Assembly: GCA_016714745.1 (NCBI GenBank)
Contig: JADKCG010000001.1
Span: 129,236 to 193,235 of the forward strand
DNA length: 64,000 nucleotides
Reading direction: 5' to 3'
DNA from: Elusimicrobiota bacterium
GTDB lineage: Bacteria > Elusimicrobiota > Elusimicrobia > FEN-1173
Part shown: one piece after another, positions 23,867 to 34,818 of the stretch
How positions within the stretch are numbered: position 1 is the stretch's first letter
Layout: the number at the start of each line of letters is the position of its first letter
Notes under the pieces: generated by a model
Database searches by the model: none
What the model saw: only the letters and a program-made list of their open reading frames with translations
Told to the model about the DNA's origin: nothing
Position numbers and translations under genes: made by a program

Positions 23867-26800
23867 TTATTTTATTATGGCGAGTTTGCTGATTTCTCGG
23901 ATTTTTTTCCCTTCTTTTTCTGCTTCTACGGCCCAGTAATATGTTCCCGCCGCCATGTTTTCGGTTGACCAAACAGATTCAAAGGCCTGCCACCCGTTGG
24001 ACGTCTCGACAATTTGGGCGGGGGGGGTGTCTAAAACCAGTTGCCCTGTCAGGGAATAGATTTTTTGGCTAAAGCGGTCCGCGTTTTCAACCTCCACCCT
24101 CAGGGTCGCCACGCCTCCGGAGACCGGGCTGGGTCGAGCATAAAAATCTCCGATCCTCACTTCGTTGCCGGGGGTGGGGGGCGGGACATCCATTGGTTCT
24201 ACAGCAAAGGCCAGGTCGTCGTAGTCGTCGTAGTCCCCCGCGCTACAGACTCCCGCGGTTCCTTGGTAACGGAAATTGGCACGGACCGCGTGGATCGTCC
24301 CGCCCGCTGGAAGCGTGAACGTACTCGAAAGGATCGTGGATCGGGTGGCGTTCGGTCGAAGGGTCGCGATGAGAGACCACGCGGGGTGTGCCGTGTCGGA
24401 GGAGATGTACAGGTCCAAATAATTGTTTTTTGTGGAATAGGCCCACACTTTGGCGTCGACTCGGACCAGGGATCCCGCTTTCAAGGGTCGCCCATTGAGC
24501 GAGGTCACCTGAACCCAATCGTTGGATTCGTCATTGTGGTATCGTCCAGACGCCCCGTCCGCGCACCCACCGAGAACGGTGTTGGGTTGATTGGGTTCTG
24601 GGAATTTATCAACCTCGCTTCGGGCTTCCAGCAGGCCGCCCGAGGCGCAGGCCGCGCCGGGGCGAGAACACAGCGGAACCCCAAGGAGGGGGTCGAAAAG
24701 GGCGACGGTTCGGCCGTTTTCAATGAGGACGGATCGATCGTCGTCCTGGCTGTGATCGGCTGAATCAAAGGAGCGCGCCGTGACCTTATGGGCACCATCG
24801 TTTAATTGGGTGGTGTCAAGGGAATAGGTCCAGGTCGTGGTTTGGGCGTAAGTGTGGACAAACGGCGTGGGTTCCCTTTCTCTCTCGGACCCAATACTGG
24901 CCTGGGGCGGCGGGGATCCAAAAACGGTTGTCCAATAGTGACCGTCCACCAAGAGGTCCACGCGCGATAGAGTGTTCTCGTCAAACGAACGTCCGGTCAC
25001 CTCGACGGTTCCTGCCACGATGGCACCGTTCTCCGGGCTCGTGATCCCCCCTATGGGCGATTCTTCGTCCGATGACACAAACGTCGCGGTGCTGGAATAC
25101 CCGATATTTCCCACATTATCCCGCGAAACGGCCCGGTAGTAATACAACGTGCTGGGGGGAAGAGCAGAGATGTCCGCTTGGTGGATGGCGGTGAACGCCG
25201 TTTGCTGGGGGGAGAGGAGACCCAACGCGGGAGACGTGCCGTATTCGACTTGAGTGTCCGAAGGTTCGTCGGTGGTCCATGTCAACCGCACGTTATTATC
25301 GGAAACGACCACATTGAGCGCGGATAAAAGCGGAGGTTGAATGTCCGGAATCACGGTGACAGTGATGGTGTGCGACGAACGGAAATTCGATGCGTCCACA
25401 GCGGTGGCTGTCAACGTGTGAGTGCCCAGAGAGAGTCCCAGGGTGGTCAGCGTGGCGCGGTAGGGGGGGGAAGTGTCGTTTCCGAAGACGGTCGATCCGT
25501 CCAGAATGAACTGAACATAATCAATCGCCACGTTATCAAATGCGGCGGCCTCCACCGTTACGGTTCCAAAAATATCACTGTTCGGTGCCGGAGAATTGAA
25601 GACCACCGTGGGTGGAGTGGTATCGTTAATAACGGTGACATGGAATATCCGTTCGGCCGTGTTTCCCGCAGAATCATAGGCTCGAACTCCCACCGCGTGG
25701 GGCCCCGCACCTGCGGCCCCGGCGTTCCAGGTATACGCGGCTGTGAAGTGGGAACTCTCTTCGGTTGTGGAACTTGAGGAAACGAGAATTCCGTTGACAA
25801 GGAATTCAATTCGGGAAATTCCATAATCGTCCGTGGCGGACGCGCTGAGGGAATAATCCGCCGCGGGGATGTCCACGTTGTCGTTGGGACTCACGGAAAG
25901 GAATTGAGGGGCGGTGTGATCTATCCGGACGGGAGAGACCTTAAACGTGACGTTGGTGCCCTCGGCATCCGTCGCGGTGAGCCTCAATGTGTAAAGTCCC
26001 TCCGGGAGGGCTCCGGTGTTCCACAGGCCCAAAGACCCGTTCGTCACCGAACCTGTCGACGCTGTTCCGATGGGATAAAACGATGAGGGCGATCCCCCTG
26101 ACCCGTAGTCTAATCGGCGGGAAGAGATCGCCGTCCCATCCGCAGATCCGCGCACATCGACGACGTTGCCGACAGGGGCGAATTGATGGGGGGAAGTGAT
26201 TGTGACGTTCGGGAACGTTTTTGCTTGGAGGGTTTTGAACGCGTTGATTCGCCCAAACCCGGATTGGGTATCGAATCCGGCGGCCCCCACATCGTCGGCC
26301 GATTGCCGGATGGCTTGGCGCACCTGTTCGTTGGTGAGTGAGGGGTGTTGAGAAAGGAGGAGGGCCGCGAGCCCCGCCACATGGGGGCAGGCCATGCTGG
26401 TTCCGTTGTAGGAGCTGTAATATCCCCCCGGGACTGTGGACTGAATGCCAACTCCCGGAGCCGCCACGTCGATTTTTGCCCCAAAATTTGAGAATGATGC
26501 CATCACATCCGCTGAATTGAAAGCGGAGACAGTCACCACAGAGTCATATTTCGCTGGAAGGAATTGGGAGGCATCAATGGCGCTGTTTCCGGCGGCCGCC
26601 ACCAAGACCACTCCCAGAACGCGGCGTATCGCTTCTTCAATCACGGGGGAATCCCCGGTTCCGCCCCAACTCATGTTAATCACATCCGCGCCGTTGTCCG
26701 CGGCATAGACAATGCCTTGGGCTAAATCCACGTCGTAGCCGCTTCCGTCGTCGTCCAGCCCTTTGATCGCCATGACATGAGCGGACGGCGCCACACCAAT

Positions 26801-27424
26801 GACCCCCACTCCGTTATTTCCCACTGCCGCAATCGTTCCGGACACGTGGGTCCCGTGGCTGTGCCCGTCGGATATAGAATTCGTGTTGGCGACGAAATTC
26901 CATCCCCGCACGTCGTCCACATAGCCGTTGCCATCATCATCAATGCCGTTCCCTGTGATTTCGCCAGGGTTAGACCATATGTTAGAGGCTAAGTCAGGAT
27001 GGGTGTGGTCCACCCCGGTGTCCACCACCGCCACCACGACCCCGTTTCCCTGTGCCATGTCCCATGCCGAAGGGGCCTGGATTTTCGCCATGCCCCACAG
27101 ACCGGGGTAGGCGGGATCGTTGGGGACCCCTTGAATTCGAAACACGCGCACCGGTTCCGCCCATTCAACGTTGGGATTAGATCGATACTCCGAAAGGGCC
27201 TGAGAAAGTTCGGCCCCAGGAGCCAATTCCAGAACGGCCGTTCGGCGGAAAGTGGTACGGAGGTCTTTTGCTTGGGCGGGTCCGGATTTGGGCGCGCGTG
27301 CGGCGACCTGGCTGACCGGGGCGGCGGTGCCTTTTTTCATATGGGGTTCGGTTCCCCCGTGGTGGACGCGTGACAATGATTTCACGCCCCACCGGGCGTG
27401 AAGTTTTTGAACCCCTTTTGGCAT
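23867..27424 (-). CDS. large secreted subtilisin-family (S8) serine protease with Ig/FN3-like repeats and a T9SS-type C-terminal sorting domain
   Basis: I9-like propeptide, then S8 Asp/His/Ser motifs (VAVVDTGVD…HGTHVSGTIAA…GTSMACPHVAG). C-terminus …KIYSLTGQLV…GTYYWAVEA…KLAIIK. The signal peptide seems to lie upstream in another frame (MSKHPTPFISFVLGSFFG, about 27460-27640). Confidence 0.8.
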   Translation of the reverse strand: MPKGVQKLHARWGVKSLSRVHHGGTEPHMKKGTAAPVSQVAARAPKSGPAQAKDLRTTFRRTAVLELAPGAELSQALSEYRSNPNVEWAEPVRVFRIQGVPNDPAYPGLWGMAKIQAPSAWDMAQGNGVVVAVVDTGVDHTHPDLASNIWSNPGEITGNGIDDDGNGYVDDVRGWNFVANTNSISDGHSHGTHVSGTIAAVGNNGVGVIGVAPSAHVMAIKGLDDDGSGYDVDLAQGIVYAADNGADVINMSWGGTGDSPVIEEAIRRVLGVVLVAAAGNSAIDASQFLPAKYDSVVTVSAFNSADVMASFSNFGAKIDVAAPGVGIQSTVPGGYYSSYNGTSMACPHVAGLAALLLSQHPSLTNEQVRQAIRQSADDVGAAGFDTQSGFGRINAFKTLQAKTFPNVTITSPHQFAPVGNVVDVRGSADGTAISSRRLDYGSGGSPSSFYPIGTASTGSVTNGSLGLWNTGALPEGLYTLRLTATDAEGTNVTFKVSPVRIDHTAPQFLSVSPNDNVDIPAADYSLSASATDDYGISRIEFLVNGILVSSSSTTEESSHFTAAYTWNAGAAGAGPHAVGVRAYDSAGNTAERIFHVTVINDTTPPTVVFNSPAPNSDIFGTVTVEAAAFDNVAIDYVQFILDGSTVFGNDTSPPYRATLTTLGLSLGTHTLTATAVDASNFRSSHTITVTVIPDIQPPLLSALNVVVSDNNVRLTWTTDEPSDTQVEYGTSPALGLLSPQQTAFTAIHQADISALPPSTLYYYRAVSRDNVGNIGYSSTATFVSSDEESPIGGITSPENGAIVAGTVEVTGRSFDENTLSRVDLLVDGHYWTTVFGSPPPQASIGSEREREPTPFVHTYAQTTTWTYSLDTTQLNDGAHKVTARSFDSADHSQDDDRSVLIENGRTVALFDPLLGVPLCSRPGAACASGGLLEARSEVDKFPEPNQPNTVLGGCADGASGRYHNDESNDWVQVTSLNGRPLKAGSLVRVDAKVWAYSTKNNYLDLYISSDTAHPAWSLIATLRPNATRSTILSSTFTLPAGGTIHAVRANFRYQGTAGVCSAGDYDDYDDLAFAVEPMDVPPPTPGNEVRIGDFYARPSPVSGGVATLRVEVENADRFSQKIYSLTGQLVLDTPPAQIVETSNGWQAFESVWSTENMAAGTYYWAVEAEKEGKKIREISKLAIIK

Positions 27425-27654
27425 GCCTTTTAATCGCCCGGCGGGCGCGGTGTCTTCCGTTAGGGAAAGACCCGTGGCCGACTCGGATCGGAACCGGACG
27501 ACGATGCGTTTGTCTCCTTTGTTTTATCCGACGAATTTTTAAGGGCGGGCAACGGGAGTTGGACCACGAACAACCGCCCCGGTCCAAAGAAGGACCCCAA
27601 AACAAAGGAAATAAATGGGGTGGGATGTTTGCTCACGATGGATGGTCTCCTTGT

Positions 27655-28605
27655 TCAGAATTCCCATGTCAATGTCGCGTGTTGGGTGGCGGGAGCTCCC
27701 GCGTCAGCCAGATCTTCCCCTGCGGGTTGGAAGGCGTAATCCAAACGAAACTTGCCCAGGAAGACTCCGATTCCGCCGACCAGTTGACCCAATCCCGATT
27801 GTCCCTCCGCTCCGGTTTCCGCCACGTAGTGTCCCCGCAACGCAAGGATATTCCGATCCGATAATCTGCGCCCAAAGAAATGTTCATTAAATCTTGCTGG
27901 GTCTGGTAAGACCCTCCACCTATTACGGCGAACGTTGAGAGCGCTTGATAGGACGCGGATAACCCAAAAGAAGTTGGAAGCGCCGAACGATCCGTTAAAA
28001 GTTTTGGTCCTTGCCCCAGATTCAGCGCCGTGGCGGCCAGAGTGAGAGGAACCCCTTTGATCCGATGGCGAAAGCCTAGATCGATGGCGAGGCCCGTCCC
28101 GTTGTATCGATCGATGCGAGACTGGATCCCTTTGACGCTGGCGCCGCCCGCGATCTCAATGTCACGCATCACGAAAGAGTGAGCCGCGTGAAGGCCCACC
28201 ATTTGGTCTTCATGGTTAAATTCTCCCGCGTGTTCTCCCGACTCGGTTCGACGCTCAAGCCCCTCAGAGCGAAGAGTCGTGTAACTGATCGCGATGGTCG
28301 TATGAATCGGCTGGAGGGGCCAACTCAACGCTGTTCCGTTCAGTCTGGTGTCCAGGGGCATTTGTCGATATGTGGCGTTCCATTCCCGTTTCGCGCCCGA
28401 CAATCCCGCGGGGTTCGATCCCAGGGAGTCCAGACCGGAGAGAAAAGCGCCCCCTTCGCCCACCGCCGTGGCCGCCGCCGAACGGTCCAACAAGGGGAGA
28501 GAAATAACACTTTCCTGGGCGTCCAGCTTTAACCCCAGACAGAAGAGGCCAAGAAAGTTCTCACCGCGGTTCTCATTTTTTCCCTCACAATGGGCGCACG
28601 AAAAA
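27655..28605 (-). CDS. outer-membrane beta-barrel protein (PorP/SprF- or PorV-like candidate), two frameshifts
   Basis: Signal peptide MRTAVRTFLASSVWG (ATG at about 28605). Main body in ORF 27669..28493 (…GSNPAGL…). The C-terminal strand ends …TLTWEF* (ORF 27655..27840). Confidence 0.45.
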
Positions 28606-28828
28606 CTGTAGGAGTCAAAGCTCTTGGTGGCCGTGTAAAAACAACGGGCGCGTGCCTGTCCACTTAGGTTATCGTCAACATCGGCAAAACTTTAGTGCGG
28701 ACAAAAAAATGCCCGGTTGAGCTCTTTTTTCTGATTTTTCCGTTCGATACGATTCGCGTGAACTGTGCTGGAAATGTCTTGTGAATTTGTAAAATAACCC
28801 ATTGAAAAACGCACCGAAGGGGGACGCT

Positions 28829-30138
28829 GTGGGAAAGAGTCAAAGCAAGGCATCTTTTAAGAAGGCGGGTTTGCCCCCTTCCGATTACACCCCTGAGTTG
28901 ATTCGCCAGTGCGCCCAAGCCAAGGAGGCCAGCCGGATCCTGGCGGTGACCCCCGTGGAACAACGCAACCGGCCCTCCTGGCCATCTCCGACGCTTTGGA
29001 GAAAAATAAGGCTGATATTCTCTTTCGAAACGAAATCGACTTGGAAGCGGGCCGGCGGGCGGGACTCACTCCTTCGCTCCTGGATCGTCTGGCTCTCACG
29101 GATCGGCGGGTGATGGACATGGCCAAAGGGCTTCGTGACGTGGCCGCGTTTCCCGACCCTTTGGCTGATGTCCTGGACGGTTGGGACCGGCCCAACGGGC
29201 TTAAAATTCAAAAGGTGCGGGTCCCCCTGGGTGTCATCGCCATGATTTATGAGGCTCGGCCGAACGTGACGGTCGACGCCACCGGGTTGTGCATTAAGTC
29301 GGGGAACGCTGTTGTTCTTCGAGGCGGCAAAGAAGCGGTGGATTCCAATTCGATTTTGGTCCATGTGGTTAAAGACGCGCTGGTCAAGGCGGGGCTCCCC
29401 GCGTCTTCTGTTCAGTTCGTGGGAACCACGGACCGTTCGGTGATCCGGGATTTGGTCCGCTTGGACCGGTTCATTGATCTGGTGATCCCGCGCGGGGGCG
29501 AAGAGATGGTAAGCGCCATTCGCGAAATGGCGACCGTCCCCGTTCTGTCCCATGGAAGAGGACTCTGCTCGGTTTTTGTTGATAGGGAGGCGGACCTGGA
29601 AATGGCGGAACGGATTGTTTTGAACGCGAAGATTCAGCGGCCCGGCGTTTGCAACGCCATGGAGACGCTTCTGGTCGATCGTGATATCGCCGCCGAATTT
29701 ATCCCTCGGATCGTGCGACGATTGGCGGAAAAAAATGTGACTGTCCACGGCGACAGCGAGACTCAAAAACGGGGAGGAGGGGCGGTGACGCCCGCCCTCC
29801 CGGCCGATTTTGATACGGAGTTTCTTGGCCTTGAACTGGCCATGAAAGTTGTGGGTTCGACGGATGAAGCCATCGCCCACATTAATGCGCACGGAAGTCA
29901 CCATTCCGACGCCATCGTCACGACCAACGAGGAGACGGCCCGGAAATTTTTGGCCGGGGTGGACTCTGCCGCAGTATTCCATAACGTGTCCACCCGCTTT
30001 CACGACGGGGGTGAATTGGGGCTGGGAACTGAAATGGGTATTTCTACCCAAAAACTGCATGCCCGGGGAAGCATGGGGATGAAGGAGCTCACCACCACCA
30101 AATATCTTATCCGAGGGTTCGGGCAAGTCCGGGAGTGA
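28829..30138 (+). CDS. proA: gamma-glutamyl phosphate reductase (frameshift near 28975)
   Basis: N-terminus ELIRQCAQAKEASRILA in the frame of ORF 28802; the rest in ORF 28909..30138. A GTG start at about 28829 follows AAGGGGGA. Confidence 0.8.
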
Positions 30139-30734
30139 GGACCATCCCCCCGCGCCGTCCCCCTCTCCCCGCCTACGGATTTTTCGGCGGTTCCTTTGAT
30201 CCGATTCAGAAAGGGCATATCGCCTTGGCCCAGGCGGCGCTCCGCGAGCGAAAACTGGCCCGGGTCTATTTGGTCCCCGCGGCCCAATCCCCCCTTAAAA
30301 ACGATCGCCCACGGGCGTCATTGAAGGAGAGGGCGAGCCTGATCCGTAAAGCGATTCGAGGGAAGTCAGGGCTGTCTCTTGGTCGGTGGGAGATGGACAG
30401 GCCCGGCCCCTCGTTCACGTTCCGGACGTTGCGTCAGCTTCGGCACCAGTATCCTCGGCGTCGATGGGAATTGATCATGGGGGAGGACTCTTGGGCGCAT
30501 TTTCATCGTTGGCGGCGTTGGCGAGAAATCGCAGAACATCACCGCGTGATTATCGGCAAAAGAACCGGACCCCAACGCGCTATCGTGCGGGGCGAGGCTG
30601 TGTATTTAAAAACCGCTCTCCCCACAGTTTCTTCGACCGATGTCCGTCGGGCTATGTCTCAGGGGCGCAACGTTTCCCGCTGGCTGGATCCCGCTGTGGC
30701 GCAAACCATTAATAAAAAAGGGCTCTATCTATGA
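30135..30734 (+). CDS. nadD: nicotinate-nucleotide adenylyltransferase
   Basis: FGGSFDPIQKGH (the HxGH motif). The GTG start overlaps the proA TGA. Confidence 0.8.
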   Translation: MRTIPPRRPPLPAYGFFGGSFDPIQKGHIALAQAALRERKLARVYLVPAAQSPLKNDRPRASLKERASLIRKAIRGKSGLSLGRWEMDRPGPSFTFRTLRQLRHQYPRRRWELIMGEDSWAHFHRWRRWREIAEHHRVIIGKRTGPQRAIVRGEAVYLKTALPTVSSTDVRRAMSQGRNVSRWLDPAVAQTINKKGLYL

Positions 30735-31315
30735 TCTCCAGGAATGTCCTTATTCGGTCGGAACTGGCCCGTGAACTTTCGTCGTCGCGAGTGGATCATT
30801 CTCAATCGGTGGCGCGTTGGGCGAGCGTCTTGGCCCGTCTTCACGGGGCTGACCCCTCGCGTGCAGAACGGGCGGGATGGTTCCATGATTTGGCGAAGGA
30901 GTGGCGTTCGTCCCGTCTGACGGCCTATGTGCGAGCCCATAAAATTGCGGTTCCGCATCTCCGGCTCATATTGGCCCACAAGCGCGCAGGGCTCTTACAC
31001 GGCTACGTCTCCGCCCATCTCGCCCAGCGGCGAGGGCTGGTTCCGGACCGTCAAACGCGTGTGGCCATGGCTCGGCATACGCTGGGCCATGTGCGCATGG
31101 GCCTCCTGGACAAAATCCTTTACGTGGCGGACTTCTCTTCCCCGGACCGGCGTTACGCGCAGGCGGTTCGCGTGAGGCGCTGGGCCCGCCGGGATCTGGA
31201 CGAGGCCCTGCGTTTAACTGTTTCGTATAAAATAGGGGATGTCGTCCAGCGTTCGGGGTTTCTGCATCCGACAACTGTGGCCCTATGGAACGCGCTGTGT
31301 AAGGAACAGGCGTGA
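30731..31315 (+). CDS. yqeK: HD-domain phosphohydrolase YqeK
   Basis: HS…GWFHDLAK HD motif. ATGA overlap with nadD, the canonical nadD-yqeK pair. Confidence 0.7.
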   Translation: MISRNVLIRSELARELSSSRVDHSQSVARWASVLARLHGADPSRAERAGWFHDLAKEWRSSRLTAYVRAHKIAVPHLRLILAHKRAGLLHGYVSAHLAQRRGLVPDRQTRVAMARHTLGHVRMGLLDKILYVADFSSPDRRYAQAVRVRRWARRDLDEALRLTVSYKIGDVVQRSGFLHPTTVALWNALCKEQA

Positions 31316-32433
31316 ATAAAACGACGCTCGGGGTTCGTTTAATAGCGGGGGTTGGCCTGGGAGGGGTGGTCGTTTTGGGGTTTCTCTCCGCCACATCCGA
31401 TGTGGCTTGGGCGCTCCGCCTCGGGGATCCCGTTGTGGGAGTGGTCATTGGAACGGATCTGGCGGATCACGCGCCCCATTCGGATACGCTCATGGTATGG
31501 ATCTACCGCCCGACGGAAACACGCCTGGATGTGCTGTCCATTCCCCGGGACACAAAAATAGACTTGCCAGGATACCGTTTTCGACGTATAAATGAAGTGT
31601 TCGCTTACCACTACGGCCAAGGAGGCGACGGGGATCTGTCGGCCGGGAAAGTGTGCGAGGCGGTGGGGGCTCTTTTTGCGAAGGCCCGGGCGACCTTGCA
31701 ACCCCCGTACTATGTGCAAGTCGATTTTGACGGGTTCCGTCGAGTGATCGACCGTTTGGGCGGCGTGACGGTGATGGTGGATGAGCCCATGGACTACGAT
31801 GACAATGCGGGCAATTTTCACGTCCATTTGGCAACGGGCGTCCATCATTTGGCAGGGGGAGAGGCGTTGGGATTTGTTCGTTATCGCGGACGTAGCGGCG
31901 ATCGGGGTCGGATTCTCCGCCAAATGGAATTTGTCCAGGCTCTTTTCAAGCGGCTGGCGTCTCCGGAAATTGTGTGGCGCGGACCGCGGGCCATGGCAGA
32001 AGTCTTTAACGCGGTCCACACGAACCTGGCGCCTTGGGACATGGTCTTCTTGGCGGTGGAGGCCCGGCGTCTCACCTCTCAACAGGTGAACACCGTTTTA
32101 CTGCCGGGCCGTCCCAAGGGCGCGACCTGGGAAATGGATGTGGAACGGACCGCTTTCATCCTGGAACGGTTGGGGAAAGGGAAAATGGCCGACGAGACGA
32201 AGGGGCCTCTTCTTCCGGAAGGAGATGAGCCGGAATCGACAACGGCTGTAGATGTGTCGATGGCGCCCCCGGTTGTTGAGGGGACGTCCGCGAAGCAGAT
32301 CACCGTAAAGGTCTGGAACGCCTCCGGGCGTCTGGGGTTGGCCATTAAAGTGGTGCGGCGGTTTCGCGCGGCGGGGTTTGATGTGGTGGAATGGGAATTA
32401 CTCCCAGCGACAGAACAAGAGCCGGGTGATTGA
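31312..32433 (+). CDS. LytR-CpsA-Psr (LCP) family protein
   Basis: N-terminal TM helix, then LCP core (VLSIPRDTKIDLPGY…RRINEVFAY…QVDFDGFRRVIDRLGGV…LRYRG) and a C-terminal LytR_C-like domain. Confidence 0.75.
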   Translation: MNKTTLGVRLIAGVGLGGVVVLGFLSATSDVAWALRLGDPVVGVVIGTDLADHAPHSDTLMVWIYRPTETRLDVLSIPRDTKIDLPGYRFRRINEVFAYHYGQGGDGDLSAGKVCEAVGALFAKARATLQPPYYVQVDFDGFRRVIDRLGGVTVMVDEPMDYDDNAGNFHVHLATGVHHLAGGEALGFVRYRGRSGDRGRILRQMEFVQALFKRLASPEIVWRGPRAMAEVFNAVHTNLAPWDMVFLAVEARRLTSQQVNTVLLPGRPKGATWEMDVERTAFILERLGKGKMADETKGPLLPEGDEPESTTAVDVSMAPPVVEGTSAKQITVKVWNASGRLGLAIKVVRRFRAAGFDVVEWELLPATEQEPGD

Positions 32434-32585
32434 TCGCTCGGTCAATTCGACAGAGCTCGGAAAGTGGCGGCATCGTTGGACGTGGTGTCAATTTATTCAG
32501 ATGTAGATCCGGGCCTTCGGACCGATGTGGACGTTATTCTGGGCGAAGATTTAGGATCAAATGAGAGCCGTCAAGGAGCCCCCTC

Positions 32586-33686
32586 ATGGAAATGATCGAG
32601 ATTTTACAGGCCGCGGTGAAACAAGGAGCGTCCGACGTGCATCTCTTAATCGGTCGCCCTCCCATGACGCGAATGAACGGCGAAATGCTTGAAATGGCGA
32701 GCTTCGACCCTCTGTCGGCGGAAGAATCTAAGCGCATGATCTATTCCATTCTTTATGATGAACAGAAGCAGAATTTTGAGGAACACTTGGAGCTGGACTG
32801 CTCTTTTGCCATTCCCGGCCTGGCGCGGTTCCGCGTGAACGTGCTCCTTCAAATGAATGGAATCGAATGCGTGATCCGGGTGATCTCTTCAAAAATTCCC
32901 ACCCCCGACGAGATCAAACTGAATCCCGCCACGCTGGAATTTGCGAACCTTCCCCGGGGGCTGGTGCTCGTCACCGGAGCCACCGGACATGGAAAGTCAA
33001 CGACCCTCGCGTGTCTCATTGAACTGATTAACCAGGCCCGCCGCCAACACATCTTGACGATTGAAGATCCCATCGAATTTGTTTATGAACCCAAACGGTG
33101 CGTTATCCGTCAGCGGGAGGTCGGGGCTTCCACCCACAGTTTTCAGGAGGCTTTGAAACATGCTCTCCGGCAGGACCCGGACGTGATTTTGATTGGAGAA
33201 ATGCGGGACGTGGAAACGATTTCATTGGCGCTTACGGCCGCGGAGACGGGCCACCTTTGCTTCGCCACCCTCCATACCACCGACGCCGCTCAAACCGTGG
33301 ACCGCATAATCGACGTTTTTCCTCCTCACCAACAACAGCAGGTCCGCGTGCAACTTTCGACGGTGCTGAAAGGGGTCATTTGCCAGACGTTGCTTCCCAC
33401 GTCGGATGGAACGGGCCGGGTGGCCGCCCGGGAAGTGATGGTGGTGACTCCGGCCATCTCGAACCTTATCCGAGAAGGCAAGACCCATATGATCTACAAC
33501 GCCATCGATACGGGTTCCAAAGCCGGGATGATCCCGTTGGACCGGGCCATGGCGGATTTGGTCAATAGCGGGACGGTGTCCTTTGACGACGCGTTGGCTA
33601 AATCATCGGACCCCGAGAAACTGAGGGACCTCACCGGCCGCTCCGCCAGCGGACGGGGCGGCGGTTCGCGGGCCCCGGTCTACTGA
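32586..33686 (+). CDS. pilT: type IV pilus retraction ATPase PilT
   Basis: Walker A GATGHGKST and LTIEDPIEF. AAGGAG sits 8 nt before the ATG. Confidence 0.85.
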   Translation: MEMIEILQAAVKQGASDVHLLIGRPPMTRMNGEMLEMASFDPLSAEESKRMIYSILYDEQKQNFEEHLELDCSFAIPGLARFRVNVLLQMNGIECVIRVISSKIPTPDEIKLNPATLEFANLPRGLVLVTGATGHGKSTTLACLIELINQARRQHILTIEDPIEFVYEPKRCVIRQREVGASTHSFQEALKHALRQDPDVILIGEMRDVETISLALTAAETGHLCFATLHTTDAAQTVDRIIDVFPPHQQQQVRVQLSTVLKGVICQTLLPTSDGTGRVAAREVMVVTPAISNLIREGKTHMIYNAIDTGSKAGMIPLDRAMADLVNSGTVSFDDALAKSSDPEKLRDLTGRSASGRGGGSRAPVY

Positions 33687-33687
33687 C

Positions 33688-34818
33688 ATGGCCCCTTCCC
33701 TCACCATCCACGAGCTCTTGAAATCTGTGCACGATCGAGGCGCCAGTGATTTGCATTTGAAAGTTGGCCGGCCCCCGATGCTTCGGTTGAACGGAGAAAT
33801 TATCCCCGTGGAAGGGCAATCCCCGCTCGAAATAGACGACGTCATGGGGTATGTGTTCGCCATGATTAATTCCAACCAGCGGGCGGCTCTGGAGCGCGAC
33901 CGGGAATTGGACTTTTCATTTTTTCTCCGCGGTGTGGCCCGGTTCCGAGGGAACGCGTTTTATCAGAAAGGCGCTGTGGGGGCGGTTTTTCGACTGATCC
34001 CGGCCCAGGTCCCCACCCTGGACCAATTGGGATTGCCGCCGGTCTTAAAAGAACTCTTAACGCGGCGGCAGGGTTTTTTCCTTGTCACAGGTCCCACGGG
34101 ATCGGGAAAAACAACCACCCAGGCCGCCCTCATCAACCACATCAACGAGACCCAGCGGGTTCACATCATCACACTGGAAGATCCCATCGAATACGTTTTT
34201 GAAGACAAAATGGCGATCATCAACCAGCGTGAAATCGGGACCGACACCCATGATTTCGCCCAAGGCCTTCGCCGAGCGCTTCGCCAAGACCCCGACGTTA
34301 TTTTGATCGGCGAACTTCGGGACCCCGAGACCATGACCACCGCCATGAACGCCGCCGAAACAGGCCATTTGGTTTTGGGAACGCTTCACACCAACGACGC
34401 CAAACAGACCATTGACCGGATCATCGATACCTTTCCGCCGGAACAACAAAACCAGATCCGGCTCCAACTGGCTAAGTGTCTTTTGGCCGTTGTCGCGCAA
34501 CGGCTGATTCGCAAGGCCGGCGGCGACGGGCGGATGGCGCTTCAAGAAATCATGATCAATTCGGCCACTGTTCAAAAATTGATCGAAGACAACAAGGTGG
34601 GCTCCATTGGAAAGGCGATTGAGGATTCGGCGGAATATTACAAGATGCAGTCGTTCAACCAAGCCCTTTTGTCCCTGATCGCAAGGGACGCGGTGACAGT
34701 GGAGGAGGCTCTTTCCTACTCGCCGAACCCCAACGATTTAAAAATACGTCTTCAAACGGAAGGAATTATCGGAACCCTTTCGGCCCCGCCCCGTCCTTTC
34801 GGGGGAGCGCGACCGTGA
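33688..34818 (+). CDS. second PilT-family ATPase (PilT/PilU paralog)
   Basis: GPTGSGKTTT and ITLEDPIEYVF. It starts 2 nt after the pilT stop. Confidence 0.8.
   Translation: MAPSLTIHELLKSVHDRGASDLHLKVGRPPMLRLNGEIIPVEGQSPLEIDDVMGYVFAMINSNQRAALERDRELDFSFFLRGVARFRGNAFYQKGAVGAVFRLIPAQVPTLDQLGLPPVLKELLTRRQGFFLVTGPTGSGKTTTQAALINHINETQRVHIITLEDPIEYVFEDKMAIINQREIGTDTHDFAQGLRRALRQDPDVILIGELRDPETMTTAMNAAETGHLVLGTLHTNDAKQTIDRIIDTFPPEQQNQIRLQLAKCLLAVVAQRLIRKAGGDGRMALQEIMINSATVQKLIEDNKVGSIGKAIEDSAEYYKMQSFNQALLSLIARDAVTVEEALSYSPNPNDLKIRLQTEGIIGTLSAPPRPFGGARP

Noticed and set aside
24041-24763. 240-aa plus-strand ORF
   Set aside because: Antisense to the S8 protease gene, with low-complexity composition.
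28885-30126. 413-aa minus-strand ORF
   Set aside because: Entirely antisense to proA, which has strong family motifs. It is a high-GC shadow ORF.
31339-32082. 247-aa minus-strand ORF
   Set aside because: Antisense to the LCP-family gene.
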